This document shows positions 24,861 through 36,341 of a stretch of 63,955 bases of DNA, in pieces. Below the pieces are notes generated by a model. The model ran no database searches. It was given only the letters and a program-made list of their open reading frames with translations, and was not told the DNA's origin. Location: the NCBI GenBank assembly GCA_030141605.1, contig JAQGDQ010001087.1, positions 1-63,955 on the forward strand. The letters run 5' to 3'. The position numbers and the translations under genes are program-made. How positions within the stretch are numbered: position 1 is the stretch's first letter; every line of letters starts with the position of its first letter. This DNA comes from Tubiluchus corallicola. Its lineage: Eukaryota > Animalia > Priapulida.

Positions 24861-27800
24861 TGCTCATCTCTAACTCGGCTGCTATGAATCAACCAGTTCA
24901 ATCTGATGTCTGTGAGGTCATTATTGTGAATAACGTAAGTAATTAAATCCGACAACAATTGAACTTGTTCTTGTGTCAGAGTGGTAGCAAGACACATTTG
25001 GGTAGCTCCTAATGTACAAGTGCTCGGGGAGACCAGTTGTGCGTTACCATTCAAGCCGTTAGTGATGTCTGTTTCTGTCCACGTGACCAGATCACCGGTA
25101 TTGCCAATGTTGTAACACGTTGAAGCCATGTTTTCTGAAACGTTCCAATTTAGTATATTTTAAACTATGTTGTAAACTAGTAACAAGTAACTGAGACTCT
25201 TTTGTTTACTGCAACGTATTGCAGTTACTTCATAATTTCGGAAAAAATGGAATATTGAAACGGACATATAAATATCGCACAAGCTAGTAATAATTGGCAA
25301 TTATTTTTAAACCTTTAATAGAGCAACATAAAAACCGAATTAGGCACTTTTTAGAAATTGCAACAAATTTTAAAGCACCGATTTTTATAAAATGGCGCCA
25401 AAACTGTTTTTAAATGTCAACAGATAAAAGAAGTCTGTGTGTAACCTGTGCTCAGCCCTTGCAACTTATCAAACCAGATGATCTCTGACTAAATTTGTGG
25501 ATGTGGTGCAAAAATTTGTCCATCTCGATACATCACTTTCTGACAACCTATACTCCATATTATGAGTATGTATCAAAGAGCACGGTGCATTCAGCTAACT
25601 AAAATTACTTAACAATTATTACCTGTAAGTGAAGAATCCGCGCCAAAATATGTAAAAAGGTTAACTACATCTACGACTAGTCAAAAACGAATTGAAAACG
25701 TTGAGGCAACATTGGAAAAAACAAAGTATTATGTATTACAATTATCATCTGTAGCTGTAGAATACTTGCCGATAGCAGCATCTGATACAATGCTTTCGGT
25801 GAATGTGATGTCGGTCACCATTCCAACAAAGCTTTGACTCGCAGCAAATCCACCGCCGACTTCGTCTTGGTCCTGTCCGAATATCAAGCATCCGTTAGCT
25901 GCGATACTTGTTCCGCCTAATTCGGAATCACTAGCTGAAAAATACAAGAACATTTCATAAAACGTGCTTACAACATCTATAGCCCACACATAATTTAGTG
26001 GCTGAGTATTGTTAATAGTAAATTCATCAATGAAGATGCCGACGTTTCAGTCCACCAATGTAGCAAATTCTCTTCAGGAACGAAAAAGAAGAGTAAAAAT
26101 ACATAAACGATGAGTCAATCAATAAGAATTTTATAATAACAATACAATTGCTGTTAAGCACGGGAAACAAGGCACAGAAAAGGCCACACCGGAAACGCAC
26201 GAACAGCAATATGCATTTGAAACTGTAAACGTAAAAATAATACCTCTTGACATTCCATCCAAAAAGATTTCGTAGTTTCCCATGTTCCATGTGACACACA
26301 GGTGGTGAAATTGTCCGTTTTTCAAATCGCTGCCCAGACCGGTTATTCGTCTTTGAAATGTAATTATCAAGTGTTTGAAATATACTTATTTAAGGTAAAC
26401 AGTAAATGCAGCATACAAACGCAACTAGATTACATGCTAACTACCCCAAGGGCAAGTATCTTTACTGATTTACAATTTCAGCAATCATTAATAAATGAAA
26501 GAGGGTACGGCTTGCGCAATGTATTAACACAATTATCTTAACACAAAGTCATAATAAAACAGGACCTTTTTCATATCCTACCCCATTTGGAACTTTGAAC
26601 TACGGTAAAATATACATTTTAACACCTATAAAATTATCAACATTTTTTTGATAATTACTTTGTTATAGGACTTAGGTTAGAAACTAGCGAGCACAGCTAG
26701 TGATGACGTCATAACTCCACCCAATTGTTTTTTTAATGGCAGAAACATTCTAACTACCGAGTGGCAAAGTACATGTAACGGGAAAGAACTACCTTACGAA
26801 CGTTAAACTTCCGCGATAATAATTATTTTCGTAATTCATTCTTCAGAAAACTTTCCCCATTCAATATCCAAATACGTTAGATTATTTTTAGCTATGATTT
26901 AACCCCGGGTTCGATATTCCAATGAAAACACTACGTGGACATTAGTGCAGCATTTATGTTTTTCTCTGTGCGCGTGCATTGGGTGCTTGTAAACTCAACA
27001 ACCACAATGTCAGTGCTTACACAGCATCAGAATTCACGGTCAATCCATCACACCGTAGCACTTGCAATGAGAAATGTCCAACATGTATATACTTATTGCA
27101 AATCCAGATTGGGGAGAGGAACCGAGGTAGCTCTGTGTTTTGTGGACAAGTTAAGCAATGTCGATCCTAGTCACCGAACGGGTTTTGGCACTCTGTTAGC
27201 GGTTTTAAGAGCCACACTGAATTTGTCTTTTTGTCTTGTCGACAAGGATGTATTCACATTTGAACGCGGCTAAGAGTATGGCAGGCATGCTTCTGGTATG
27301 TGTGTGAACCTACCTATACACAATTTTAGTCACATTCGCATACGATTGTGTTATAGCATTCGCAACATGTTATTACTGCTGCACACTGGCTATGGTATTA
27401 CAACTGCTTCTAATAACTCATATAAACTTGCCAACTAATGTTTTTTTATGAACTGGAATGATTATTACATAATTAGTTTTTAAAATTTATTTAGCTCTAA
27501 CATTTACTAACCCTATCTATAGCTATCTCTTTATATATATATATATATTGCATGCATTTTATAACGTCTTAGCTACCGGAAAAAATTGAATTGAAATGAG
27601 ACACTCATGCCGGTTCACGTCTCATCGGCCTAACAATCCAGATTGATCAAGGCTGCCAGAGCGTACTGAATTCTAGCTTGCAAAGTACTAAAGTCTATAA
27701 AAATGAAGTATTAAAAGTATAAAGAAGTATAAAGTACCTTACATACGTAATTCATGCTAGTTGCATGGAAAACCTTTCTTAACTGCATGTGTAACTGCAA

Positions 27801-30800
27801 TATGCATAACGACACCTATTTATTGGAAGGTGCTGCCCTCTGCGAGTGAGGAGGAAAGGACAGGAGGAGAACAATGGTGGTCGTGTTTTTATTCACAGCA
27901 ATGTTTTTGTCGTTATTGTCTTATAGTTAATAACAGCGTTTAGTTATAACCAAATTTTGTACCTTGAGAAATTTTAAATCTTGACGAAGAGCCAACGATG
28001 TAAGTTACATGAATTTAAATAATTTAATTAAGTTATGAATTCAATCTCTGAAATTTGAGAAAGTGCTTTGCCAATAAGTTGACTTCTTTGTAATTACTAA
28101 GCTTCTGTTTATCATTTTATTCATTTTCTTACTTGTTAATGTTCTCTTTATTATTCTCTTTAGAATAAACGACTATGGAACATGAATCCCATAGAAAAGG
28201 GTTTCTGTACATAACAGTATATATAGTCTAAAGTACACTAATCAAGTAAGAAAATACTTACACTTCGTCTTCGTTGATAAAAAATCTAAAATCGTTTCCA
28301 TCAATGAAAAGCAGGATATCGTTGGTGAATTGATCCGTGTCGTCATTAGCATAGGAGATCAATGCTTGGTCATCTACGTTAGGATCTGGTTTCACCCACT
28401 GAAAGTATTAAGCTAATAGCATACATAGCGACTAGTTTTATAATAATTAGCTGCTAGGGCTTGACGTAGGTGCGGTATTTTTTCATCTAGTAGCGAATAA
28501 TAGCCTTACATAAAGCAGTTAACACCGATTAAACCCAAGCAAGTGTGTAAAGTCAAACACAAATTCACCACTATTGTTTGTGTAGTGAAGACAATTGTAG
28601 CAACTACCTTATACCCAAGCAGAGAGCTGAGTTAACTTGTTTATTAGCAGCAAACTGCACTAACTTGCTTATTCAATAAAGCGTCAACATCTGAATTAAA
28701 TCATCCTATTTGGGATTAGACAAGTTACGTAATCAGTTTCGGTCAGGGCGCTTAATTTACACACAAAAGCTGCTGAATTTTCCTAAAGCTTAAAGAACAT
28801 CATAGCTGGCTTTACACTAAAATGCAGTCATACCTGACATGACGTAAACTGTGTAATATCCTGTGTTGGCGTATTTAACTTTATGTAATCAGTTGTCTGC
28901 TGGGCTGCAAATACGACCATGAACCCCTGGCAAGCAGTTAATGTTGCTGCAATTAAAAATATATAAATTCTGGTGAAAAAAGAGATGGCTAAAAGCTTCA
29001 ACGACACAACTACTGTAGTTATCATTATCATGACCATTTGTGTCATCATCAATATCATCACCACCACCGACTAATACCGACTGCCTCCAACACCACCAAC
29101 ACCAACACCGACCAATACCGACCGCCTCCAACACCACCAACACCACCACCACCAAAACCACCATCACCACCACCACCACCCCAAAGACTACCACCATCAC
29201 CACCGCACCACCACCACCACCACCACTACCACCACCACCACCACCACCAACACCAACACCAACACCACCACCACCATCATCATCATTATCATCATCATCA
29301 TAATCATCATTATCATCATAATCATAATAATAATCATCATCATCATCATTATCATCATAACTGTCGTCACTAGTGCTAACCAATATCATTGTGACAGTCA
29401 CCAACATTGCACACATCATCCCAACATCCTCTCCTAGCAACAACATTGCTGGCAACTGTAAAACTGTGTTACTACTAGAAACTGCTTTGTCAGAAGTAAA
29501 CCACTACAGTTTGAAATTCGAATCAGCAGGCAATTTTTACTTAAAATATTCTAATGCAGATTAGTTTTCGTTATCACGAAATTGTCATCTGCATAATCTA
29601 GTATTCGTTAATGAGAATGATATAATCTTTCTTTGCTTCAGCCTGGTTATTCATTAATCAGATTCTAATCAGTAACATTTTATGCACTTTCGTGAGCTTT
29701 TAAAAAGCGGTCCTGCAGCGTCTTTTCTGAGTAAAAGTGGGTGGATAAATGATTCTTTATTTGCCCTGAAGAAATTAATTCAGAATTAATTCACTCACCA
29801 TCTGTCAACAGGTTTTGCGTATCCAGAATAGCCTGCCTTTTTACTAAATCCTTGTTGATTGCATTCCGTTGTTTATAAAGAAGCCGCTGTCGTTCCCCAT
29901 GATGGTTCTCTTTTTCAATAAAATAATTTACGAGCGGATTATGTGTTAAGAAATGTTTTTGATAGTAAGGGTTTCGGTTAACTGTGTATTTATACGTCTG
30001 TGGATTTTGTATTCTTGCTTGCGATACAGTTCGTACATTCTGACCACGACGAGGCCGTTGCACTGCTTGTCGTGGTGGCAAATGCCCTTCTTTTAGTTCA
30101 CGATAGTTGCTGGGTTTCGTATCTATAAAAGACATAAAATATGACATATGGAAAATTAGAGCAATTTTCTGTAGAAAAAGAAAATCAGAAAATCAGAAAA
30201 TAATCTGTAATAAATTGTTGCTCTTTTTATAAAGCAGAGTGTTTTATTTGAAATAAAAATCGACACCTACAAAAAACCAAAAATCTTATATAACACACAC
30301 TATGATAACCCAACAGACTCCTATATTAACATCATTTATTTTCAATCAGTACGATATGTACATCAATGCGATCACTGCATAAAAAAGGTTAGTACATCAA
30401 GATAAAAACAAATAAATAAGTGATTGTTGGTTAGTAACAAACACGATTTACATAAGACATATTTATGATACAATATTATTAAAAATTTACATCGAAACAA
30501 TGTGCCAAGTACATTAATTGAAATCATTGTTGTTCAGAAAGTTAAACTCTCTATCATCCATGCATTTTAAGATCTCCATTAATTAGATTATCGTTTCCAT
30601 TTGGCACTGGTTTGCTTAAAATAACCGTATTAGTGGCTTCGCGTTTCTTAATAAAATCGTCAAAAGTAACATTGTTTTTATTACAAATATAAGCAATTTA
30701 AAACCTTTAATCCATTAACATTTAAAGTTGCATACCAAGCAAAAAACACTGATTACATTGGCTAATAAGATAATTATAAGCATATACTTATAATCACATG

Positions 30801-32757
30801 GATATACAAATGTGCTTTGAGTTTATGTTAATTCAGTAGAGCAATGCTTCATAACGAGCAACGACCATTTGCTAGAAAAAATTCTCCACGAAATTAACGT
30901 TTAGTAACTTACCCTCTTCCGTGGCACAAAAACAAAGACGATAAAAAAGTAATATGCTTTTCAAGTTCAAGATTACGAATTTGAACTTCAAGATCTGTCC
31001 TGGAAATCGGGGACATTCGCTTACCTTTATCATAATTAAGCTGTTGAATGATCATCGGGGACTTTGGTTGCTGATTATGCTGCCAATAATACCGATTTTC
31101 ACTCACTTTTACACATGCCGTCCATTTAGAACAAGTTACCATCCACAATGTCTAAAACACAAACAACAATAAGGACGTCAATTGATTTAATGCACCTAAT
31201 TACACAGGTTCATGGGGTTTAAAGGCGCAGTGCTCAGTAAAATCAACTTTAGTTTAAAATATAGCATTTATTCTTGAAAATACGACAAAAATATTGTTTC
31301 GTTGCTGAAAATACGACTATAGTATTGTTTTGTTGCTGAAAATACGACTATAGTAATGTTTTGTTGCTGAAAATACAACTATAGTAATGTTTTGTTGCTG
31401 AAAATACAGCTATAGTAATGTTTTGTTGCTGAAAATACAACTATAGTAATGTTTTGTTGCTGAAAATACAACAGCTTCGGTACCAGTGACATAGCACTTC
31501 GCGCGCGCGGCAAATTTAAAAAGTGATAACTTCTCTCAGGAAACGAATTCCTCTGGGCAGATAGTACCGTTAAATTACTGAAACCCAGAACTGTCAGCGC
31601 ACTTCAACATGATTTTAAGTGTACTGCACTTTCAAAAGGCCTGTCTTATTTTAATACCTTAAATTCGAATTTTCTTAGTACAGATTTGGCCTGAACTTAC
31701 AATTTATAATTTGATAATAGTGCTGAAGATCTAGATGTTATAATCAGTAGTTTTATCATATCAAAAAATTAAAAACGATTGTCTAATAATAGCGTGTTGG
31801 ACGTACACTCGTGATTTAAGCAAGGCAGCTTCGCAGCTTTGACGATACTACCGAAAATTGAAAATTGTTATATTCTTTTCTTAGAAGCACTTAAATAATT
31901 TTATTCAGCTGCTAATTCACTCTCTTACTACACTCACTTACTCATTCATTGAGTCAGTCAGTTGCTTGCTAACTTCAAAACTCATTGAAAGCGAACATAC
32001 TATTTTTTTCAAGAATGATTTACGTAAAAGAATTGTTACCACAAAAACGTAATCTTGCATTCGACTAGTTCTTCAGTATTACATGCATTTCGCAATTTGC
32101 AAATTAGCTGGGCACTACCGTCTGCCTCCCGGAAACTCAGTTTAGAGGTTTTAAGAGGAAACTCTTGTTCTCAGTTCAGAGGTGTTAAGTTGTGACGTAG
32201 TGTACACGTTCAAGCACAGCGGTAAATTTAAAATTTGAATTTTAAACTTAAAATTTGCCGAGTATTTATGTATAACACTGAATCTTGCACAGTTACACTG
32301 TACTTCAATTTTCGCTTTATCAAACACGGGCAACACATTCGCGAAATGTTTGTTCTGTTAAAAATTATGTTCAGTTGTGATGTCATCACTAGTTGAGCTC
32401 GCCCGCCATTAATTAAGTTTCTAATCTATGACTTAATTATCATGAGCCCATTGGTATCATTATAGGTGTTAAAATGTATACTTTTGCCGCGTATTTCAAA
32501 ATTGGGTAGGATATGAAAAACCATTCTATTTTCCTTTAATTCATTTGCTTCACATGCAAGTATTTGGATGAATCAATTAATGAGAAAGAATGCTGTAAAA
32601 TGTAATGTACTATCACAGTAAAATCAATAAATCAATCAAACATGCGCCAGTTAATCCGAAGAAGCATCACTCACTGTTGTGACGCTGCACAACCAATAAT
32701 CAATCATTATTAATTACAGATACTTACCAACACAGTAACTGTTAACATGGTTCCCAT
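24779..32757 (-). CDS. Secreted pentraxin-domain protein, paralogue A, 8 exons, about 452 aa
   Basis: Exons 32757-32728, 31151-31025, 30122-29799, 28946-28834, 28398-28262, 26350-26244, 25934-25770, 25134-24779; phases join in frame (1359 nt). Pentraxin motifs FTSCQWVK, HHLCVTW, LIFGQDQD..GGF...QSFVG. Hydrophobic N-terminus MGTMLTVTVLTLWMVTC. Exons 1-2 are less certain but mirrored in paralogue B. Confidence 0.85.
26570..26630. repeat. Dispersed repeat fragment (related copies near 22935, 32460 inverted, 50115)
   Basis: Shared TTTCATATCCTACCCCATTT...ATACATTTTAACAC.TATA. Confidence 0.55.
29040..29360. repeat. Compound (CAC)n/(CAT)n trinucleotide tract in intron 3 of pentraxin A
   Basis: Direct reading. 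Confidence 0.92.
31294..31472. repeat. ~30-bp minisatellite, 6 copies
   Basis: Unit TGTTTTGTTGCTGAAAATACAACTATAGTAA. Confidence 0.9.
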
Positions 32758-32882
32758 TAGGCCTATAGGATTCTCGTATCACTGCTGCCAAAGTTAAATA
32801 TTTTTGCGATCAAACGCGTATACACCTTTCTCGTGTCAACTTCTATGCAATCTATCAATAATGAAATTTGACATTTTCATAG

Positions 32883-32952
32883 CGACGCAAGGTTACTTTA
32901 TGGACTAATGCCTAACTAGGTGACAAGTATATGGAGTCTTCCGCTTAGGCAT
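32883..32952 (-). promoter_or_regulatory. Non-coding block conserved upstream of both pentraxin genes (copy A)
   Basis: GCAAGGTT..TTTATGGACTAATGC.TAACTAGGT.ACAA...AGTCTTCCGCTT.GGC also at 55569-55640; function inferred. Confidence 0.5.
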
Positions 32953-34145
32953 AATTGCTAATAAAATAATACGAACTTTATTTTAATCACCTGTCAATAA
33001 AATGCTTCCTGTCCAGTTGTACGCCAGCTGCTTTTCAGGGCACAAAATATTTTTTCTATATCTGAATAATTAGAGAACAGCATCATTGAGGTTGAATTAA
33101 TCTGCGAAATGAGTTCTAATCACAAATAACATCTCACCTCTGCTTCGCCAAATATAAACAGCTATTGAAAATTCCACGTGGTTGAATTTCTAATAATGAC
33201 AGCTTATGGACGCACATAATTGGATATTACCTATAGGGTCACCTAATAAACACAGTCAATAATTGATAAGCAACTTTGCAATAAAAAAAATAAACCAGTA
33301 ACAAAATCTTTTAGCAGGGCCCCTCAAGCTTCCCCCCCCCCCCAAGCTCTAGGGCCTCTAGGCTGCAGCCTATACTAGCCTATACGGTAATCCTGCCCTG
33401 CATACAAGTGTACTTAAAATAAATTGTAAACGTATTTCGCCATCCAACATGATAATTTTAACAAGCAGCATTTTTCATTTTTAAATCTAGAGAACGATAA
33501 TTAAAGTGAGAATATCCGGCGTTATTTCATTCCGAATTACATTAATTACAATAATTTGGATGTCGTTTGAAAGTTACGATACAGGAAGAAACGTCACGCA
33601 ATAAGTTCTTAGCGGAAGTTGGACTATTGCAATGCAGAATTAAATGCAACAAATTAGAAAAGTTCGACTCACTGAGCTCAAGATGGTAGATCAGAAAATC
33701 ACGTCAATACTTACAGTCCTTGAATTCAAGATGGCATATGAAAAATGCGATGCTGTCAGTCGTTACAGAATTCGTTCTATTCTCTTCCTGCATCACGACA
33801 ATCCGTGTCAAATTGGTCGAGTCTTGGGTTTTTCCGAAAATAATACTGTCGCCGTCAAATTCAAGAATAAAAATTAATCAAAACTTGAACTCCATCAGTC
33901 GATGCAGAATTTGTTCTAGTATTTTCTTATAAAGTTTCATGACAATCCCGTTGCAAATACGCAGATGAGCATGCCCCAGGTAACCTAGTCTCACAAACTC
34001 TTTCTCGCTGGCAGCCAAAACAATGTAAAATCTACAGACAAGCCGGAAAAAAGCAAAGAATGGCAATTTGTCCATTTGTCCAGATTGTATTGCCGTTATG
34101 TACTTACCCGTCTACAAGAAATTATCAAGCTAAGTGAAGCTTAAG

Positions 34146-34690
34146 CAATGGTGGCTCGTGTATAGGTACTGTGCTACTGCAGCACCCCCTAGTGGCGGCT
34201 CGTGTATAGGTACTGTGCTACTGCAGCACCCCCTGTTTTCACTCATTATTATCGTTAATATTCAATATAATAAGTCTTTTTTCTTTAGTTCTTTCTTTAT
34301 ACTTGTACGGAACCGGAGCACGTGAGGTAAGTACAATTTGCTTCACAGCCCAAGCATCGTGGTCATGCGCACTTGTCTGAGATAAGACGCTGCACTTTAG
34401 GCAGAAAGAGTAACTGTCGCTCACTGCAGTACGTGTTGTCAGTTGTCACGTGATTAAAAGTCGTGTATCGGCATATTCTTGTACTGCGAGAATTTAGGCT
34501 ATTCGTAAGGAAACAATATTTTTTGTTTAGGAGTTTACCAAGTTCATGTATAAATTAGTTTGTTTGAAATTACAATTACAACATTGAAATTACATAGCGT
34601 TTGTTTCGTTTTACACAGTATTAAACAATGGCTAATTTTTCCTTTTAATTTTGCATTGCCTCCACTAATTTTACTTGCGAGCCGCCACTG
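34146..34690. mobile_element. hAT-type MITE with tandemly duplicated left end
   Basis: CA(A/G)TGG(T/C)GGCTCG / CGAGCCGCCACTG termini, TSD AGCTTAAG / AGCTTAAC; first ~44 bp repeated. Confidence 0.8.
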
Positions 34691-35993
34691 AGCTTAACAC
34701 TCAATGCGCATGCGTACAAATCCGTTAAGAAATCGCCACTCATTTTTAGTATTTTCATCTGGAAAGTCTGTACGTTAATTAAATATGTTCTGCATCAATG
34801 CGCGCGTAAAAATACAAAGAAACTGAAATTAACGAAATTTTGGACTTGTAAATTGTGGTTTGAAAAATATATTGTGAATTTAGAGTTCATATAGTTTAAA
34901 AACAGCAAACAGCAGCAGCAGCAACAACAACAACAACAGCAACAGCTGCAGAATAGTCTAATTAGTATATGACCGTTGACATATACACACACATATTACC
35001 TGCCACATTAGCGAATTATGCATAAAATTTTGTTCAGAGCACTGCTTTCTATTAAAACTGGCTTGATTTATTAGGCCTATAAATGTACAAAAATATAGCA
35101 GCAGCAACAGCAGCAACAACAACAACAACAACATCGTCAATTTCAGAATGTTTTCATTATTATTTGTTTTATAATATATAATTTTCGTTAAATCTTCTTC
35201 ATGAAGAATAATTTATGCATAAATTAAATAATTAATGATGTGAATGCGAATGTATACATTACCACTTGAAATGAATCACCACACGCTTGTATGCTCTACT
35301 CTCTGTACACCTGTCGTTCTCGTATATTCATACAAACCTTGTCACAGTGTACATGTAGTTCTGGTTTTCGAATTATATCTTACTGACAAATATGATGTTT
35401 AAATAAGGCCACAAAAGTCGCAAGTAGGAATAAATAATTCTACTTTTAGTACTAATTATCATGTAATGACGATATTAATTTCATATGCGATTTATTGCAA
35501 ATATTTTCTCTTTATTCTTGATTTAAATGCGTAATACTAAATCTGCCTAAAATAGTTTTTTCTCAACTCATTTGCTTATTTGTTAATCACTACTGTTTCT
35601 TAATTATTATTATTATTATTTTCGCTAAATTTCTGCAGTTACTATTTTTTCTTGTTTTTTTTATTTTTGTACTTTATGAAATAAATTCATTTCAGGTTTA
35701 GCGCACCAAATCAAAGCCGCACTGCCGTTTTTGTAACATTGGTTGGTGCGCATCCACAATAATATTTATTCATATATTAAATAAACTATTTATACATAAA
35801 CTTTCAATATTGTTTATAAAATTTTTTATTGTAAGCCAAGTTTACAGACGCTACATTTAGTTTTCAGGTCAGTATAACCCGTAATCGAAAAGATTCTAGA
35901 ATGTAAAAACGGAGATGCACAACAATTGTAATTAAAAAAACATTTAAACTGCAAGACGCAGAATGTACGATCAGCCGCCGTTTAGAAAGATAT

Positions 35994-36341
35994 TGTTACG
36001 GATGCACCTGTGTCGGGTCAGGTGTAGGGCCCTCTACACGCCCTGCTTCCACGTCAGCAGCGACTCACCCCTTTCATGTAGGTTCAGACGTCATGTCTGG
36101 GCCTACACCTGGTGTGAGAAGCCAGCTGACCTGGAATGCCAGTATAAAAGCGTGCAGAGGTCACTACAGCCTTGATTTCTGACACAGGTGCTCCTCAGGT
36201 GTAGTGCTGTTACTGAGTTAGTTAGTTTTTTTTGTACACGTGTATTTTGGTTCCCTATTTTTATTAGTGCTGTTAATAAACTCCGTACAGTGTAGTTTTT
36301 GTGTATTTTATTGTATGAGAGTTAGATGACATGCTATAACA
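35994..36341 (+). mobile_element. Probable solo LTR
   Basis: TGTTA...TAACA ends, TATAAAAG at about 36143, AATAAA at about 36275; flanks GATAT / AGTAT only partly match. Confidence 0.6.

Noticed and set aside
26900-27460. Possible degraded LINE end or SINE (GGTTCGATATTCC B-box-like motif)
   Set aside because: Only faint motif similarity; no boundaries. The same applies to weak LINE-like stretches near 36400-36720 and 37300-37600.
30913-30999. Possible extra phase-1 exon in pentraxin A (QILKFKFVIL...CATEE)
   Set aside because: Would need a ~25-nt intron after exon 2 and has no counterpart in paralogue B.
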